Both the position numbers and the translations under genes were made by a program. Shown here piece after piece: positions 10,743 through 20,881 of a stretch of DNA of 64,000 nt. The DNA is taken from contig JAGLUW010000017.1 in the NCBI GenBank assembly GCA_023134145.1, positions 43,136 to 107,135 on the forward strand, read 5' to 3'. Every line of letters begins with the position of its first letter. Within the stretch, counting starts at the first letter, position 1. This DNA is from Sulfuriflexus sp. (lineage in GTDB: Bacteria; Pseudomonadota; Gammaproteobacteria; AKS1). Below the pieces are notes generated by a model. That model did no database searches and was not told the origin of the DNA. It worked only from the letters and a program-made list of their open reading frames with translations.

Positions 10743-11237
10743 ATGCGGGTATTTCGTTTATCAATGCTGTATCTTAGTTTTAGTCTCGTTCTCGGCTGGT
10801 CAGTCAGTGCGTATGCTGAAGATGAAGTTGAATCTCAAGATAATGGTTTTGATTTTTCTGAGCTTCGTTTTCCTGATATTGATCATCACCTTTACCCTGA
10901 ACCACAAACACCGACACCACATGCCGGTGATAATATAAAAACCTGTGTTGCCTTAGACGATGAGATTGTCGATTTAATGCCGCTTACTTATCACACCATG
11001 CCTGATTTTTATGACGATCCCAAAGTTGCCGCTGCCATTTGGTTAACAACGACAGGTGTCACGCTATTTGATATATTTCCTGATAATTTACCATTGACTG
11101 AGATCCCACTTGGTTATTCTTTACTTGCCTATCCTGAATACAAAAAATATAAAGAAGAAGAACGCATTCGTCGTGTTAGCTTGCGTATTGAATCACTACG
11201 TCGCAGTAAAGCTCGGAAGCGTTGTTTCGAAACTTAA
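10743..11237 (+). CDS. Hypothetical exported protein
   Basis: GAGGAG RBS, signal peptide ending SAYA; no family recognised. Confidence 0.6.
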   Translation: MRVFRLSMLYLSFSLVLGWSVSAYAEDEVESQDNGFDFSELRFPDIDHHLYPEPQTPTPHAGDNIKTCVALDDEIVDLMPLTYHTMPDFYDDPKVAAAIWLTTTGVTLFDIFPDNLPLTEIPLGYSLLAYPEYKKYKEEERIRRVSLRIESLRRSKARKRCFET

Positions 11238-11278
11238 TTTATTTTATCTAGCCTGAATCATCAGGCATACTTTCAACC

Positions 11279-11677
11279 ATGGTTGAAAAAATAAACAGTA
11301 TGCGTCTTGATAAGTGGTTGTGGGCAGCACGTTTCTTTAAAACGCGCGCGCTTGCAACAGAGGCGGTAAATGGCGGTAAAGTTCATCGTGCTGGCAAGAG
11401 GGTAAAACCTTCTCAAGCAGTTCAAGTTAGTGACGCACTCGAAATTACCCGCGGTCAATACAGTTACAGTATTCACGTCGATGGGCTGATGAAACAACGT
11501 GGTCCTGCCAGTATCGCAACTACCCTTTATACCGAAACCGCTGAGAGCATCTTGGCACGTGAAAAACTTGCTGATGAGCTACGTTTGCATGCAGCACAAA
11601 ATCCAATACGCGAGCGGCGTCCTGATAAACGTTCTCGCCGTCGAATTATTCGTTTCACTCGTAAGCAAGAGAGCTAA
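11279..11677 (+). CDS. hslR: Ribosome-associated heat shock protein Hsp15
   Basis: S4 motif MRLDKWLWAARFFKTR, RGPA, RPDKRSRR. Confidence 0.93.
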   Translation: MVEKINSMRLDKWLWAARFFKTRALATEAVNGGKVHRAGKRVKPSQAVQVSDALEITRGQYSYSIHVDGLMKQRGPASIATTLYTETAESILAREKLADELRLHAAQNPIRERRPDKRSRRRIIRFTRKQES

Positions 11678-11764
11678 TCACCTGACATGTACATGGGTAT
11701 GTCAGACTAGATGAGTCTGGTAAACTTCATGGCTTAGTCCTTAATGTTGCCCTATGGAGGTCAC

Positions 11765-12808
11765 ATGCGTCCGGCCCAGTTGTTAGCCATATTAGAAAGA
11801 GAATTTAAGAGTACGGATGCGGGTCATCATACTCCCGTCATGTTATGGGGGCCTCCAGGTGTCGGTAAATCGCAAATGATTGCGCAAGTCGCTCAGAAGA
11901 ATGATGTTGAAGTGATTGATATCCGTTTGTCGCAAATGGAACCAACCGATCTACGTGGTATTCCATTTCGTGTTGATGATTCTGTTGAATGGGCAATTCC
12001 CGCGATACTGCCAGATGAAAAACGCCATGGCTCACGAGGAATTTTATTTCTCGACGAGATTACATCAGCTGCACCAACTGTTTCGGCCGCAGCGTACCAA
12101 TTAATTTTAGATCGCCGGCTGGGTGAATATAAAGTGCCGGATGGTTGGGCAATCTTTGCAGCAGGTAACCGCCAAGGTGATCGTGGTGTGACTTATACAA
12201 TGCCGGCACCATTGGCAAATCGATTTTCACATTATGAAGTGGATACCCACCTTGATGATTGGGTGGCGTGGGCATATGCCAATGGTATTGATGAAAAGGT
12301 AATTGCTTTTTTACGCTTCCGTCCTGAATTATTATTTGATTTTGATCCTGCACATAACCCGGTTGCTTTCCCTTCGCCACGTTCATGGGAATTTGCGCAT
12401 CGTGGTTTACAAAAGTTTTCTGATCATCCTGAATTATTACTCGGCACTTTGCAGGCCTGTGTTGGCCCAGCAGCAGGGATTGAGTTAAAGGCCTTTGTTG
12501 ATAATCTCGATAACATGCCTGATATTGATGCGATCTTACGCGGCGAAGATATTAGTGTGCCAACGGAAGTTGATCTTCAATATGCTGTTGCCGCCGCATT
12601 AGTTGGCCGTGCGATTCGCGCTAAAGGTGAAGGTGATAGCCAAGAAGTGTGGGGGCATATTCTTGATTATGCACGTAGCTTCCCGCAACGTGAAATGGGC
12701 GTTATGTTGGTTTCTGATATGCATCGTGCAGTGGGCGAAGAAATATTTAGCGTGCCGCAGTTTGCAGATTGGGCAAAAGCCATTGCTGATGTGATGCTCT
12801 ATAACTGA
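11765..12808 (+). CDS. MoxR-like / dynein-related AAA+ ATPase
   Basis: Walker A GPPGVGKS, Walker B LFLDE, AAGNR, LANRF, SPRSW; GGAGG RBS before ATG 11765. Confidence 0.9.
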   Translation: MRPAQLLAILEREFKSTDAGHHTPVMLWGPPGVGKSQMIAQVAQKNDVEVIDIRLSQMEPTDLRGIPFRVDDSVEWAIPAILPDEKRHGSRGILFLDEITSAAPTVSAAAYQLILDRRLGEYKVPDGWAIFAAGNRQGDRGVTYTMPAPLANRFSHYEVDTHLDDWVAWAYANGIDEKVIAFLRFRPELLFDFDPAHNPVAFPSPRSWEFAHRGLQKFSDHPELLLGTLQACVGPAAGIELKAFVDNLDNMPDIDAILRGEDISVPTEVDLQYAVAAALVGRAIRAKGEGDSQEVWGHILDYARSFPQREMGVMLVSDMHRAVGEEIFSVPQFADWAKAIADVMLYN

Positions 12809-12858
12809 GTGTGGGGTTGCCTTAGTGCTTGTGCGGTTTTAAAAAAATTAAATAATGA

Positions 12859-12944
12859 TTAACCGTCAAGGCGCGAAGGTAAAAGTGTTGTTTTTGTTTT
12901 TTAATTGTTTTGATTTTTTGCGTGCTCTACGTTTTGGCGGTTAA
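12859..12944. repeat. Imperfect terminal inverted repeat enclosing a T-rich interior
   Basis: TTAACCGTCAAGGCG (12859) pairs with CGTTTTGGCGGTTAA (ends 12944): 15 contiguous pairs, 3 of them G:U. Confidence 0.55.
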
Positions 12945-12952
12945 ATTTTATT

Positions 12953-14221
12953 ATGTCTAATGAAGTAGAAACTAAACTGGCAGCAGCACGTACGCGTCTT
13001 ATTTTAGATAAGCCATTTTTAGGTGCCTTGGTGTTGCGTTTACCGATGCTGCAAGGTGATGCGAGTTGGTGTAAGTCCACCGCGACGGATGCCAAGACTT
13101 TTTATTACAATCACGACTACATTGATTCAATGTCAGTCGAACAAGCCCAGTTTGTACTTGCCCATGAAGCGCTTCATTGCGCATTATCACATTTCTCTCG
13201 GCGTCAGCACCGCATTAAACATCGTTGGGATTTGGCCTGTGATCTTGCTATCAACCCCATTCTTATTAATGAGGGTATGCAGCCGATCCCCGATACCTTG
13301 TATGACAAACAATACGATGGCATGACGGCAGAAGAAATTTATCCAACGATTGATGACTTAGATGATCGTGAGACACAAGATCAACATGTTTATGATGAAG
13401 ATGATCGTGAGCAGAATGAAAACAATGAACTCGATGATGGTGATAGCGATAAAGATGACAAGCCTAATGATGATAAAGGCATGGGCGGCAATCAACCACA
13501 AACCGATAAGGATAATCAGTCAAAGGGAAATGAAGCTGAGCTTGATGAAAATTTTGGTGGAGCTGGGCAGCCACCACCATTAACCGAAGCAGAAAAAGAA
13601 TCTCTCTCAGTTCAATGGCAACAACGTTTAGCGGGTGCCGCACAAACAGCGATGCAGTCTGGGAAAATGGGTGATGCACTTGCACGCTTAGTCGATCACT
13701 TTTTGCAGCCGCAATTGCCTTGGCGCATGTTATTAGCGCGTTATATGACAGGCATTGCGCGTGATGATTATAGTTTTCAGCGACCATCTCGACGTGAAGG
13801 CGAAGCGATTTTACCGAGCTTGCGTAGTAGCCAAATTGACGTGACGGTAGTGATTGATACCAGCGGTTCGATTAGTGACGATGAGGTTGCTGAGTTTATT
13901 TCAGAAATCGATGCGATTAAAGGCCAAATGCGTGCACGGATTACTTTGCTGGCTTGCGACGATCATGTTAGTGAGAATGCACCATGGTTATTTGAACCCT
14001 GGGATACCTTTGATGTACCTAACGATATGATGGGTGGTGGTGCGACTGATTTTCGTCCCGCATTTGAATTCACAGAGCAACTAGGCAAGCAGCCAGATCT
14101 CTTAATTTATTTCACTGATGCCGAAGGCGAATTTCCTGCTTACGAACCCGCTTTCCCTGTGATTTGGCTAGTGAAAGGAAAACAAAAGACGCCATGGGGT
14201 CAACGTGTGCAGTTAAACTAG
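12953..14221 (+). CDS. DUF2201-type metallopeptidase + VWA domain protein
   Basis: ATD, HEALH (HExxH), acidic linker, MIDAS DTSGS, GGGATDF, YFTD. Confidence 0.88.
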   Translation: MSNEVETKLAAARTRLILDKPFLGALVLRLPMLQGDASWCKSTATDAKTFYYNHDYIDSMSVEQAQFVLAHEALHCALSHFSRRQHRIKHRWDLACDLAINPILINEGMQPIPDTLYDKQYDGMTAEEIYPTIDDLDDRETQDQHVYDEDDREQNENNELDDGDSDKDDKPNDDKGMGGNQPQTDKDNQSKGNEAELDENFGGAGQPPPLTEAEKESLSVQWQQRLAGAAQTAMQSGKMGDALARLVDHFLQPQLPWRMLLARYMTGIARDDYSFQRPSRREGEAILPSLRSSQIDVTVVIDTSGSISDDEVAEFISEIDAIKGQMRARITLLACDDHVSENAPWLFEPWDTFDVPNDMMGGGATDFRPAFEFTEQLGKQPDLLIYFTDAEGEFPAYEPAFPVIWLVKGKQKTPWGQRVQLN

Positions 14222-14827
14222 TGACTGTGCTTGCTTGTATAAAGCGATGACTTGTTGTCCAGCCGTGTCTATATTATCGGCATAACAAATAATGCCATCG
14301 AGATGGCCAAGCATGGCAACACAGTGATGTGATTGTTTGATACAGTCCTGTATTGAAGCTGCCATTTCAGGGGTACCGTATTCGACATCGGTGGGTGTAG
14401 TGGCAAGTCGTAGTGCTTGATGTTGTTGCCATATTTCTGGGTTGTGAATATGGATAACCGCCATGATGTTGGAGTCTGCAGTATAAATAGCAGCATGACT
14501 CATGCATTCGGATGACGGTTTTATTGGGCCAGATGAATACACAGAATTATTGCTAATATCGCAATGTGTAACATGGGCATAGTGTTTGGCTGTTAGTTTA
14601 TCAATGCCACCTGTCTGTGTGCCACTGATGAGGAATTCATTGTTTTTTAGGCGATGACTCATGTTGCCATAGGCATAGCCATCATAACGCGAAGGGTCTT
14701 GATCAATAAGACCGAGTTCATGCATGCGTTGATGCCAAATGATAAGCGCATCAAGTTGAGGATGTTGAACTGCTTCTGCAACTTGGTGTGACAGATTGAA
14801 TTGAATAACGCCTTCTTGCTCACTCAT
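14213..14827 (-). CDS. Class II aldolase/adducin family protein
   Basis: GNMS, PSSE..SH, HIH, YGTPE, GH metal-binding pattern. Confidence 0.82.
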   Translation of the reverse strand: MSEQEGVIQFNLSHQVAEAVQHPQLDALIIWHQRMHELGLIDQDPSRYDGYAYGNMSHRLKNNEFLISGTQTGGIDKLTAKHYAHVTHCDISNNSVYSSGPIKPSSECMSHAAIYTADSNIMAVIHIHNPEIWQQHQALRLATTPTDVEYGTPEMAASIQDCIKQSHHCVAMLGHLDGIICYADNIDTAGQQVIALYKQAQSLV

Positions 14828-14884
14828 GAGGAGTAGGGTACCTGTTTTATATGCAGGTTTAAATATAATTTAAAGGTATGCCGA

Positions 14885-16039
14885 GTGTCACTTTCTACTG
14901 AAGATAATTTACGTCTTAACGTGATGTTAGCGAATAACGTTGATGCCGTGCGCATTGATGAGGGTCGCATGGTGGTCTATGGAATAGCTAATAATAATGA
15001 AATGCAAATTCAACTGAATCCCAATTGTCGTGATGAGCTCTATATTAAGCAGGTACGTGAATTATTATCGGGGCATGTGTTGGGTTCACCTGGTGGCTAT
15101 CCTGTATTTCTAAAACGCTGGACTCGCATGGGGCAAATGAAAGATGACAGCCTGACTGATTTACTTAAGTTAGGTGAGCCTGAAGCCGTAATGGCAGTAG
15201 TGTGCGCACAAGGTTTAACGGATGAACTTGCACGACTCGCTTGGTGGGCAGCGCCCGAAGCCGAGTATGCTCGTCGCATGCTTGAGAGCGAGCTTGTGGT
15301 TAATGGTGAAATGGGCCGTGTACTAGCTGATTTTCTTATTGAATTTTTACCCTTTGAAGAAGATCCTTATGCGATTGTTTGTAGTGTACGTTTGGTCTTG
15401 CAGGGGAATTTAATTAGTGACGAAGTACGCAGTACGCTTTGGTCTCGAGGTGTTAAGAAAAATGTTTTTCGGATTGGCTTTCTTGAAGCATGCCCAGATG
15501 AATTACCAGACCAGACTCCATTACGAACAGATGCAGAACAACACCAACAGCAGTTGTCTGAATTGATCGCGCAAGGTAATCGTTATGCCGTTCAATTAAA
15601 TAAAATACTATCAGCAGCAGGGCAGAGTTTTATCACCACTAGTGAAGCCATTCTAAAAAAGCCCGCTACGCAAGAAGCCGTGTGTGCATTATTTAATGCG
15701 GTCGGAAATTATTTTAATCCTGATTATGATACAGCCGCGCCATCTGATCCCGAACAAACATCCAATGCGATGGCAGAACAAGATATTCTTGTGCTGCTTG
15801 AGCAGGCTAAGCAGATGATTGAATCTGCAGATGAGGAATTAAAGTCCTTACTCTCGGCCTTACCAACACTGCGTGATGATATTGAGGCTATGTTGAGTTT
15901 AGCGAGTATTACTGATGCGATTGCCACCCCTGTATTCGCACGTACCGATGCCATTGGCAGTGTGATGCGTAAGAAACTTACCCCTGTGACGGACCCACTT
16001 TTTACTCAATTTTCAATATTGCGTCAGCCAATTGAGTGA
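14885..16039 (-). other. No minus-strand feature here; see plus-strand dsrS entry
   Basis: Only short antisense ORFs on this strand (15097-15279, 15724-15954), judged spurious. Confidence 0.05.
14885..16039 (+). CDS. dsrS: DsrS-like protein of sulfur oxidisers
   Basis: LSTEDNLRLNVML...RIDE, LSGHVLGSPGGYPVFLKRWTRMGQ, C-terminal AIGSVMRKKL. Confidence 0.8.
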   Translation: MSLSTEDNLRLNVMLANNVDAVRIDEGRMVVYGIANNNEMQIQLNPNCRDELYIKQVRELLSGHVLGSPGGYPVFLKRWTRMGQMKDDSLTDLLKLGEPEAVMAVVCAQGLTDELARLAWWAAPEAEYARRMLESELVVNGEMGRVLADFLIEFLPFEEDPYAIVCSVRLVLQGNLISDEVRSTLWSRGVKKNVFRIGFLEACPDELPDQTPLRTDAEQHQQQLSELIAQGNRYAVQLNKILSAAGQSFITTSEAILKKPATQEAVCALFNAVGNYFNPDYDTAAPSDPEQTSNAMAEQDILVLLEQAKQMIESADEELKSLLSALPTLRDDIEAMLSLASITDAIATPVFARTDAIGSVMRKKLTPVTDPLFTQFSILRQPIE

Positions 16040-16300
16040 TTTTTAGCTCCAATTTACATTTAGTGCCGTTAGATTGTGAATTTTACTAGAAAATAGTTTG
16101 TAACCACATGAATATATAGAGAAATATATTTTTAACTGTGTCGTGGAATATGTGAACTATGCCCACACGCTTTTCATCTGATACTCTATATTTAATACAG
16201 TGCTGATATGTCCATATTAAGCGCTGACAGGGACTAAAAATTACCGAATGGAATGCGGGTGGAAGCAGGACGTGGGACTATTTTTTCTAATGGTAGGTAA

Positions 16301-17704
16301 ATGATGTCAATCTCGCAATCAATAGTAGGATTTTTTCAAAAGCAGGGTGTGCAATATACCGTTGTATCTCACGATCTAACACGCACACTTGAAGGTACCG
16401 CTGACAGTATTAATGCGCCTTACGCAAAAATGTTACGCGCCGTCATTATGACCGATGGTGAACGGCATATTATGGCGGTTCTTCCTGTTACCCACGTACT
16501 TGACTTCAAATCAATACAAGCAAAATTCGGTAGTGAATTACACGTTTCAAGTTACCGGGATTTTTCAGATAAATTCTCTTGTTGTGAACGTGGTTCAGTA
16601 CCACCGATTGGCCAGCCATTTGAGATACCTGTTTTTATTGATCACAGTATTGCTCAATTAGATGAAGTGTATTTTGAACCAGGTTCACACTCGGTCGCTA
16701 TCAAAATGAATGCAGCTGATTATATTGAATTAGTGGGTAGGCAGAATATGGGACATTTCGCTTATCCTTTAACAGCATTGGCGGATACTGATGTTAGTGC
16801 GATTCGTTATGCTTCGCCGCTTGATATGAAACGACGCATTGAAGAAATTTACGAGTTACCAACAATGCCTGATATCGCTTCGCGAATTTTAGAATTAAGT
16901 AAAGATAAAGATGCTTCTATTGCGGAGCTGTCTGATATTGTTCAAACCGATCCGGGTTTATCTGCACAAACATTACGTTATGCAAAATCATCATTATTTG
17001 GTTATCGAGGTGAAGTCGATTCCATTCAGGATGCGATTGTTCGAGTCTTAGGTTTTGATATGGCTATGAACATGGCACTCGGTGTTTCAGTTGGTAAAAG
17101 TTTCCGCAACCCTGTTGATGGCCCATTAGGGATGGATGCATTTTGGATACATAGTGTGGCTTGTGCCGCAGTCACGCAGAAGCTTTCGAAATTAATGCCA
17201 GCCAAACATCGACCTAAAGCGGGCATGGTATATCTCGCGGGTTTATTACATAACTTCGGTTTCCTCTTGTTAGGCCATTTATTCCAACCAGAGTTTTATT
17301 TGCTTAACAAAATGGCTGCGGCTAACCCCGATACGGCCATCACTGAGCTTGAACAGCGAGTGTTAGGTATGGGAAGAGCGCGTGATGTAATTGAAATGGG
17401 CCATGCACAAATGGGTGCTTGGTTAATGGAAGCGTGGGGTTTGCCTGAATCGGTTAGCGTGACGGTTCGCGAACATCATAATGAATCATATGCTGGTGAG
17501 CATGATGTGTATGTGAAGTTAGTGAGATTGTCTAATCGGTTATTGGCGCGAGTTAATATCGGTGATGAAATTAATGGAGATATACCGACTCAGGTTTTTG
17601 AAGAGCTGGGCTTAGATGAAGAAAAGGTACTTGCTGAGTTTGAATTGTTAATTGAAGGCGAACTAGCAGAAGTTGAGGCAATGGCTAATCAAATAGCGGC
17701 ATAA
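16301..17704 (+). CDS. YbaK/aminoacyl-tRNA deacylase domain fused to HDOD domain
   Basis: N-terminal CERGSVPPIG and VYFEPGSH (YbaK); C-terminal LPTMP, DPGL, FWIHS, AGLLHNFG, EHHN (HDOD). Confidence 0.87.
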   Translation: MMSISQSIVGFFQKQGVQYTVVSHDLTRTLEGTADSINAPYAKMLRAVIMTDGERHIMAVLPVTHVLDFKSIQAKFGSELHVSSYRDFSDKFSCCERGSVPPIGQPFEIPVFIDHSIAQLDEVYFEPGSHSVAIKMNAADYIELVGRQNMGHFAYPLTALADTDVSAIRYASPLDMKRRIEEIYELPTMPDIASRILELSKDKDASIAELSDIVQTDPGLSAQTLRYAKSSLFGYRGEVDSIQDAIVRVLGFDMAMNMALGVSVGKSFRNPVDGPLGMDAFWIHSVACAAVTQKLSKLMPAKHRPKAGMVYLAGLLHNFGFLLLGHLFQPEFYLLNKMAAANPDTAITELEQRVLGMGRARDVIEMGHAQMGAWLMEAWGLPESVSVTVREHHNESYAGEHDVYVKLVRLSNRLLARVNIGDEINGDIPTQVFEELGLDEEKVLAEFELLIEGELAEVEAMANQIAA

Positions 17705-17724
17705 TTATAATCAAGTCGAGAAAC

Positions 17725-17748
17725 AAGCCGAGCTTTGCTCGGTTTTTT
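17725..17748 (+). terminator. Intrinsic terminator
   Basis: AAGCCGAGC-ttt-GCTCGG-T6. Confidence 0.75.
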
Positions 17749-17893
17749 CGTTTCATAATACAACTAAACACTTCTGTTCATTGCATATTGCATGTACTGC
17801 GTTACAGCTTGATCTTCGGCATAATTTATTTATGGAATAAAGCGGTAGATTGCATCGTCTACATAAATAATTACGCGTACAAGGAGTTAGTAT

Positions 17894-19315
17894 ATGTGCA
17901 TATTAGGTAGGACAGCAAAGTATTATATTTTTTTAATCGTATTTTTAATGCAGCTGGTATTACCCTCGGTGCATGCCAAAGAAAATATTTCACCAATGAA
18001 GGTTGATGTTAAGCAAGTTGCTCAATGGAACGACTTTTCTGATTCCTTATATGTGCTGCATCAATCATTATTAAAAAACACCCAAGTAAGAACAGAAGAA
18101 GAAGTCGGTGGTTATGGCGGCGTGACAGCGGGTGATTTTTATACGGAAATACGTTATTACGATAAAAAAACGAATACACTCTTAAGTCAAATACAATGGG
18201 AACTTGAGCGACCTACTGTCATTCATAATATTGAAGTATTCATTTATGATGATGGACGCCTAGTAAGAGATTATTACGCAGGCTATTTGCCGCACCATCG
18301 TAATGCGCCATTACACACCATGGTTAATTTTTATGGTGAACAAGAGGGCTTGAGGTCGTTTAGGCAATTTGACGCATCCGGCGAACGTATTTATGAACAG
18401 TGCTCAGGAAAACATTTTTCTGAAGACGTCGACATTTCCTTAGAAAATGATGAATGGCTATCGTCATCAAGTGAATCGTTAAAGTTAATTTCATCTGAAC
18501 CCTATATTGCCTGTTTCGGTGATACGCCAACAGAGATTGGTAAATACATTAACCCTTTAATTGAACTCCCTGGTAACACTAAGACAGCAATCTTTAATAA
18601 TGATATTGATGAATATTCTTTAACCAATAAACGTATTGAAGCCTTATCGAGAAAAATTGCCAGCCAGATAAATCTTGCTCCGTTATATACCAAGCGTGCT
18701 GAAGAATATTTTAATCTTGGTGAATTTGATAAGTCTGAAAAAGATTTAACTAAGGCAATTGAGATTGATGCTGAATATAGTCAGGCTTGGTTCTGGCGTG
18801 GCATGGTGCGAGGCCGGTCTGGAAAGATTTCTGATGGTATTGCTGATTTATCAGTTTTTATTAAACGCCATCCAAATAGTTCACTTGCTTACACTAAGCG
18901 TGGTGTGCGTTATATTTGGAACGGTCAACTGGAAAATGCCGCGTATGACTTATTACGTGCAATTGAGTTAAATCCAGCTAATGCCGAAGCACATGATGAT
19001 CTTGGTGTGCTATTAGCACAACGTAAAAATTTTTCTGAAGCGATTCGCCATTTTCGAACAACATTACGCATAGAACCTAATTATCAAAAGGCTCACCATA
19101 ATCTTGCAACGGCATTGTATTTAAAAGGGCAAATACAAGCAGCGTTATATTCTGTTGATCATAGCTTGCAGCTTGCTCCCAGTGATCGTGGTTCACTGAT
19201 GCTTAAAAGTGAGATTTTGTTAGTTTTAGGGCGTAATACCGAGGCTATGACTATTCGTGAGCGGGCTGAGTTCTTGCCAGAAGGTAATTGGTCTGAACGT
19301 TTCATTCAGCCATAA
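17894..19315 (+). CDS. Exported tetratricopeptide repeat protein
   Basis: Signal peptide; about six C-terminal TPRs (AIEIDAEYSQAWFWRG, AIELNPANAEAHDDLG, etc.). Confidence 0.85.
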   Translation: MCILGRTAKYYIFLIVFLMQLVLPSVHAKENISPMKVDVKQVAQWNDFSDSLYVLHQSLLKNTQVRTEEEVGGYGGVTAGDFYTEIRYYDKKTNTLLSQIQWELERPTVIHNIEVFIYDDGRLVRDYYAGYLPHHRNAPLHTMVNFYGEQEGLRSFRQFDASGERIYEQCSGKHFSEDVDISLENDEWLSSSSESLKLISSEPYIACFGDTPTEIGKYINPLIELPGNTKTAIFNNDIDEYSLTNKRIEALSRKIASQINLAPLYTKRAEEYFNLGEFDKSEKDLTKAIEIDAEYSQAWFWRGMVRGRSGKISDGIADLSVFIKRHPNSSLAYTKRGVRYIWNGQLENAAYDLLRAIELNPANAEAHDDLGVLLAQRKNFSEAIRHFRTTLRIEPNYQKAHHNLATALYLKGQIQAALYSVDHSLQLAPSDRGSLMLKSEILLVLGRNTEAMTIRERAEFLPEGNWSERFIQP

Positions 19316-19396
19316 ATTAAGCCCATTGGCCTATAGATTCTCATGGCTGGCATGCTAGCCAATGCTGTGCATAATTAATGGGCTGAACATATATAA

Positions 19397-20065
<669 letters not shown>

Positions 20066-20088
20066 TGCAAGTTAGTCTTAGTTAATAC

Positions 20089-20119
20089 AAAAAAGGCCAG
20101 CATGATGCTGGCCTTTTTT
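20089..20119. terminator. Bidirectional intrinsic terminator
   Basis: A6-GGCCAGCAT-g-ATGCTGGCC-T6. Confidence 0.88.
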
Positions 20120-20139
20120 ATGCATGAGTATTAAGAAAA

Positions 20140-20763
20140 TCAGTTAATGATTTGCCAGTTACCATTACCATCTTTACACGCGGTGCCTGTCACTTCATCA
20201 CGCTGACCATTAACAAGAACACTGGATGTGTAGTCACGACATGAACGTCCATTGTCGCGTGTATAACTGCGCTGCGGAGTCATCGTATATTGTTGTCGCG
20301 TATCGGGATTAGTCCAAGCAACGGCTTGGTTATCTTTGGCATGCACGAAGGCTTGGCCTGCACAGTAACGATCGGCTTCATCCATTGATGAGCCAATACT
20401 GCCACCAATATTGGCACCAACAATAACGCCCGCAATCGTGGCTAGTGTTTTACCACTGCCTTTACCAATCTTCGAACCAAGAATACCGCCAATCACACCG
20501 CCAACAACGGTGCCGATGTCTGAATTCGTAATGCCACCAGGATCGCATGACAAAGGTTCATAACGAGTGTGCTGTGGTTCTCTGTAACCTTCATTGTATG
20601 TTTCGCGATGTTTCTTCTTTTTGTGTTTACCTTTGCCCTTATCTTTGTAATAACCATGTGCGGGAGCATGGCTTGGTGGATCGGCCAAAGCGGGGTTGCT
20701 GCCAAGAGCTAGGCTAATAAATAAGAGCGTGAGAAAGCTTGGAATAGAAACAGATGTGCGCAT
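20140..20763 (-). CDS. 17 kDa surface-antigen-like glycine-zipper protein
   Basis: Signal peptide, PPSHAPAHGY, glycine zipper, WTNPDT...CRDY...GTACKDGNGNW. Confidence 0.85.
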   Translation of the reverse strand: MRTSVSIPSFLTLLFISLALGSNPALADPPSHAPAHGYYKDKGKGKHKKKKHRETYNEGYREPQHTRYEPLSCDPGGITNSDIGTVVGGVIGGILGSKIGKGSGKTLATIAGVIVGANIGGSIGSSMDEADRYCAGQAFVHAKDNQAVAWTNPDTRQQYTMTPQRSYTRDNGRSCRDYTSSVLVNGQRDEVTGTACKDGNGNWQIIN

Positions 20764-20881
20764 GTTATGACTCTTTAGTATGCTTAATATTAAGCAAAGT
20801 ATAGCAGTGCCAAACGGAATGTCTCGGTGCGGTATACTTACACAATAAGATTTCCAGCGTTTAAATAGAGCAACAATAATA

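Noticed and set aside
11765-14221. CbbQ/CbbO RuBisCO activase pair
   Set aside because: The ATPase lacks the CbbQ GPTGCGKTRF signature, the partner has an HExxH peptidase domain, and no cbbL/cbbM is adjacent.
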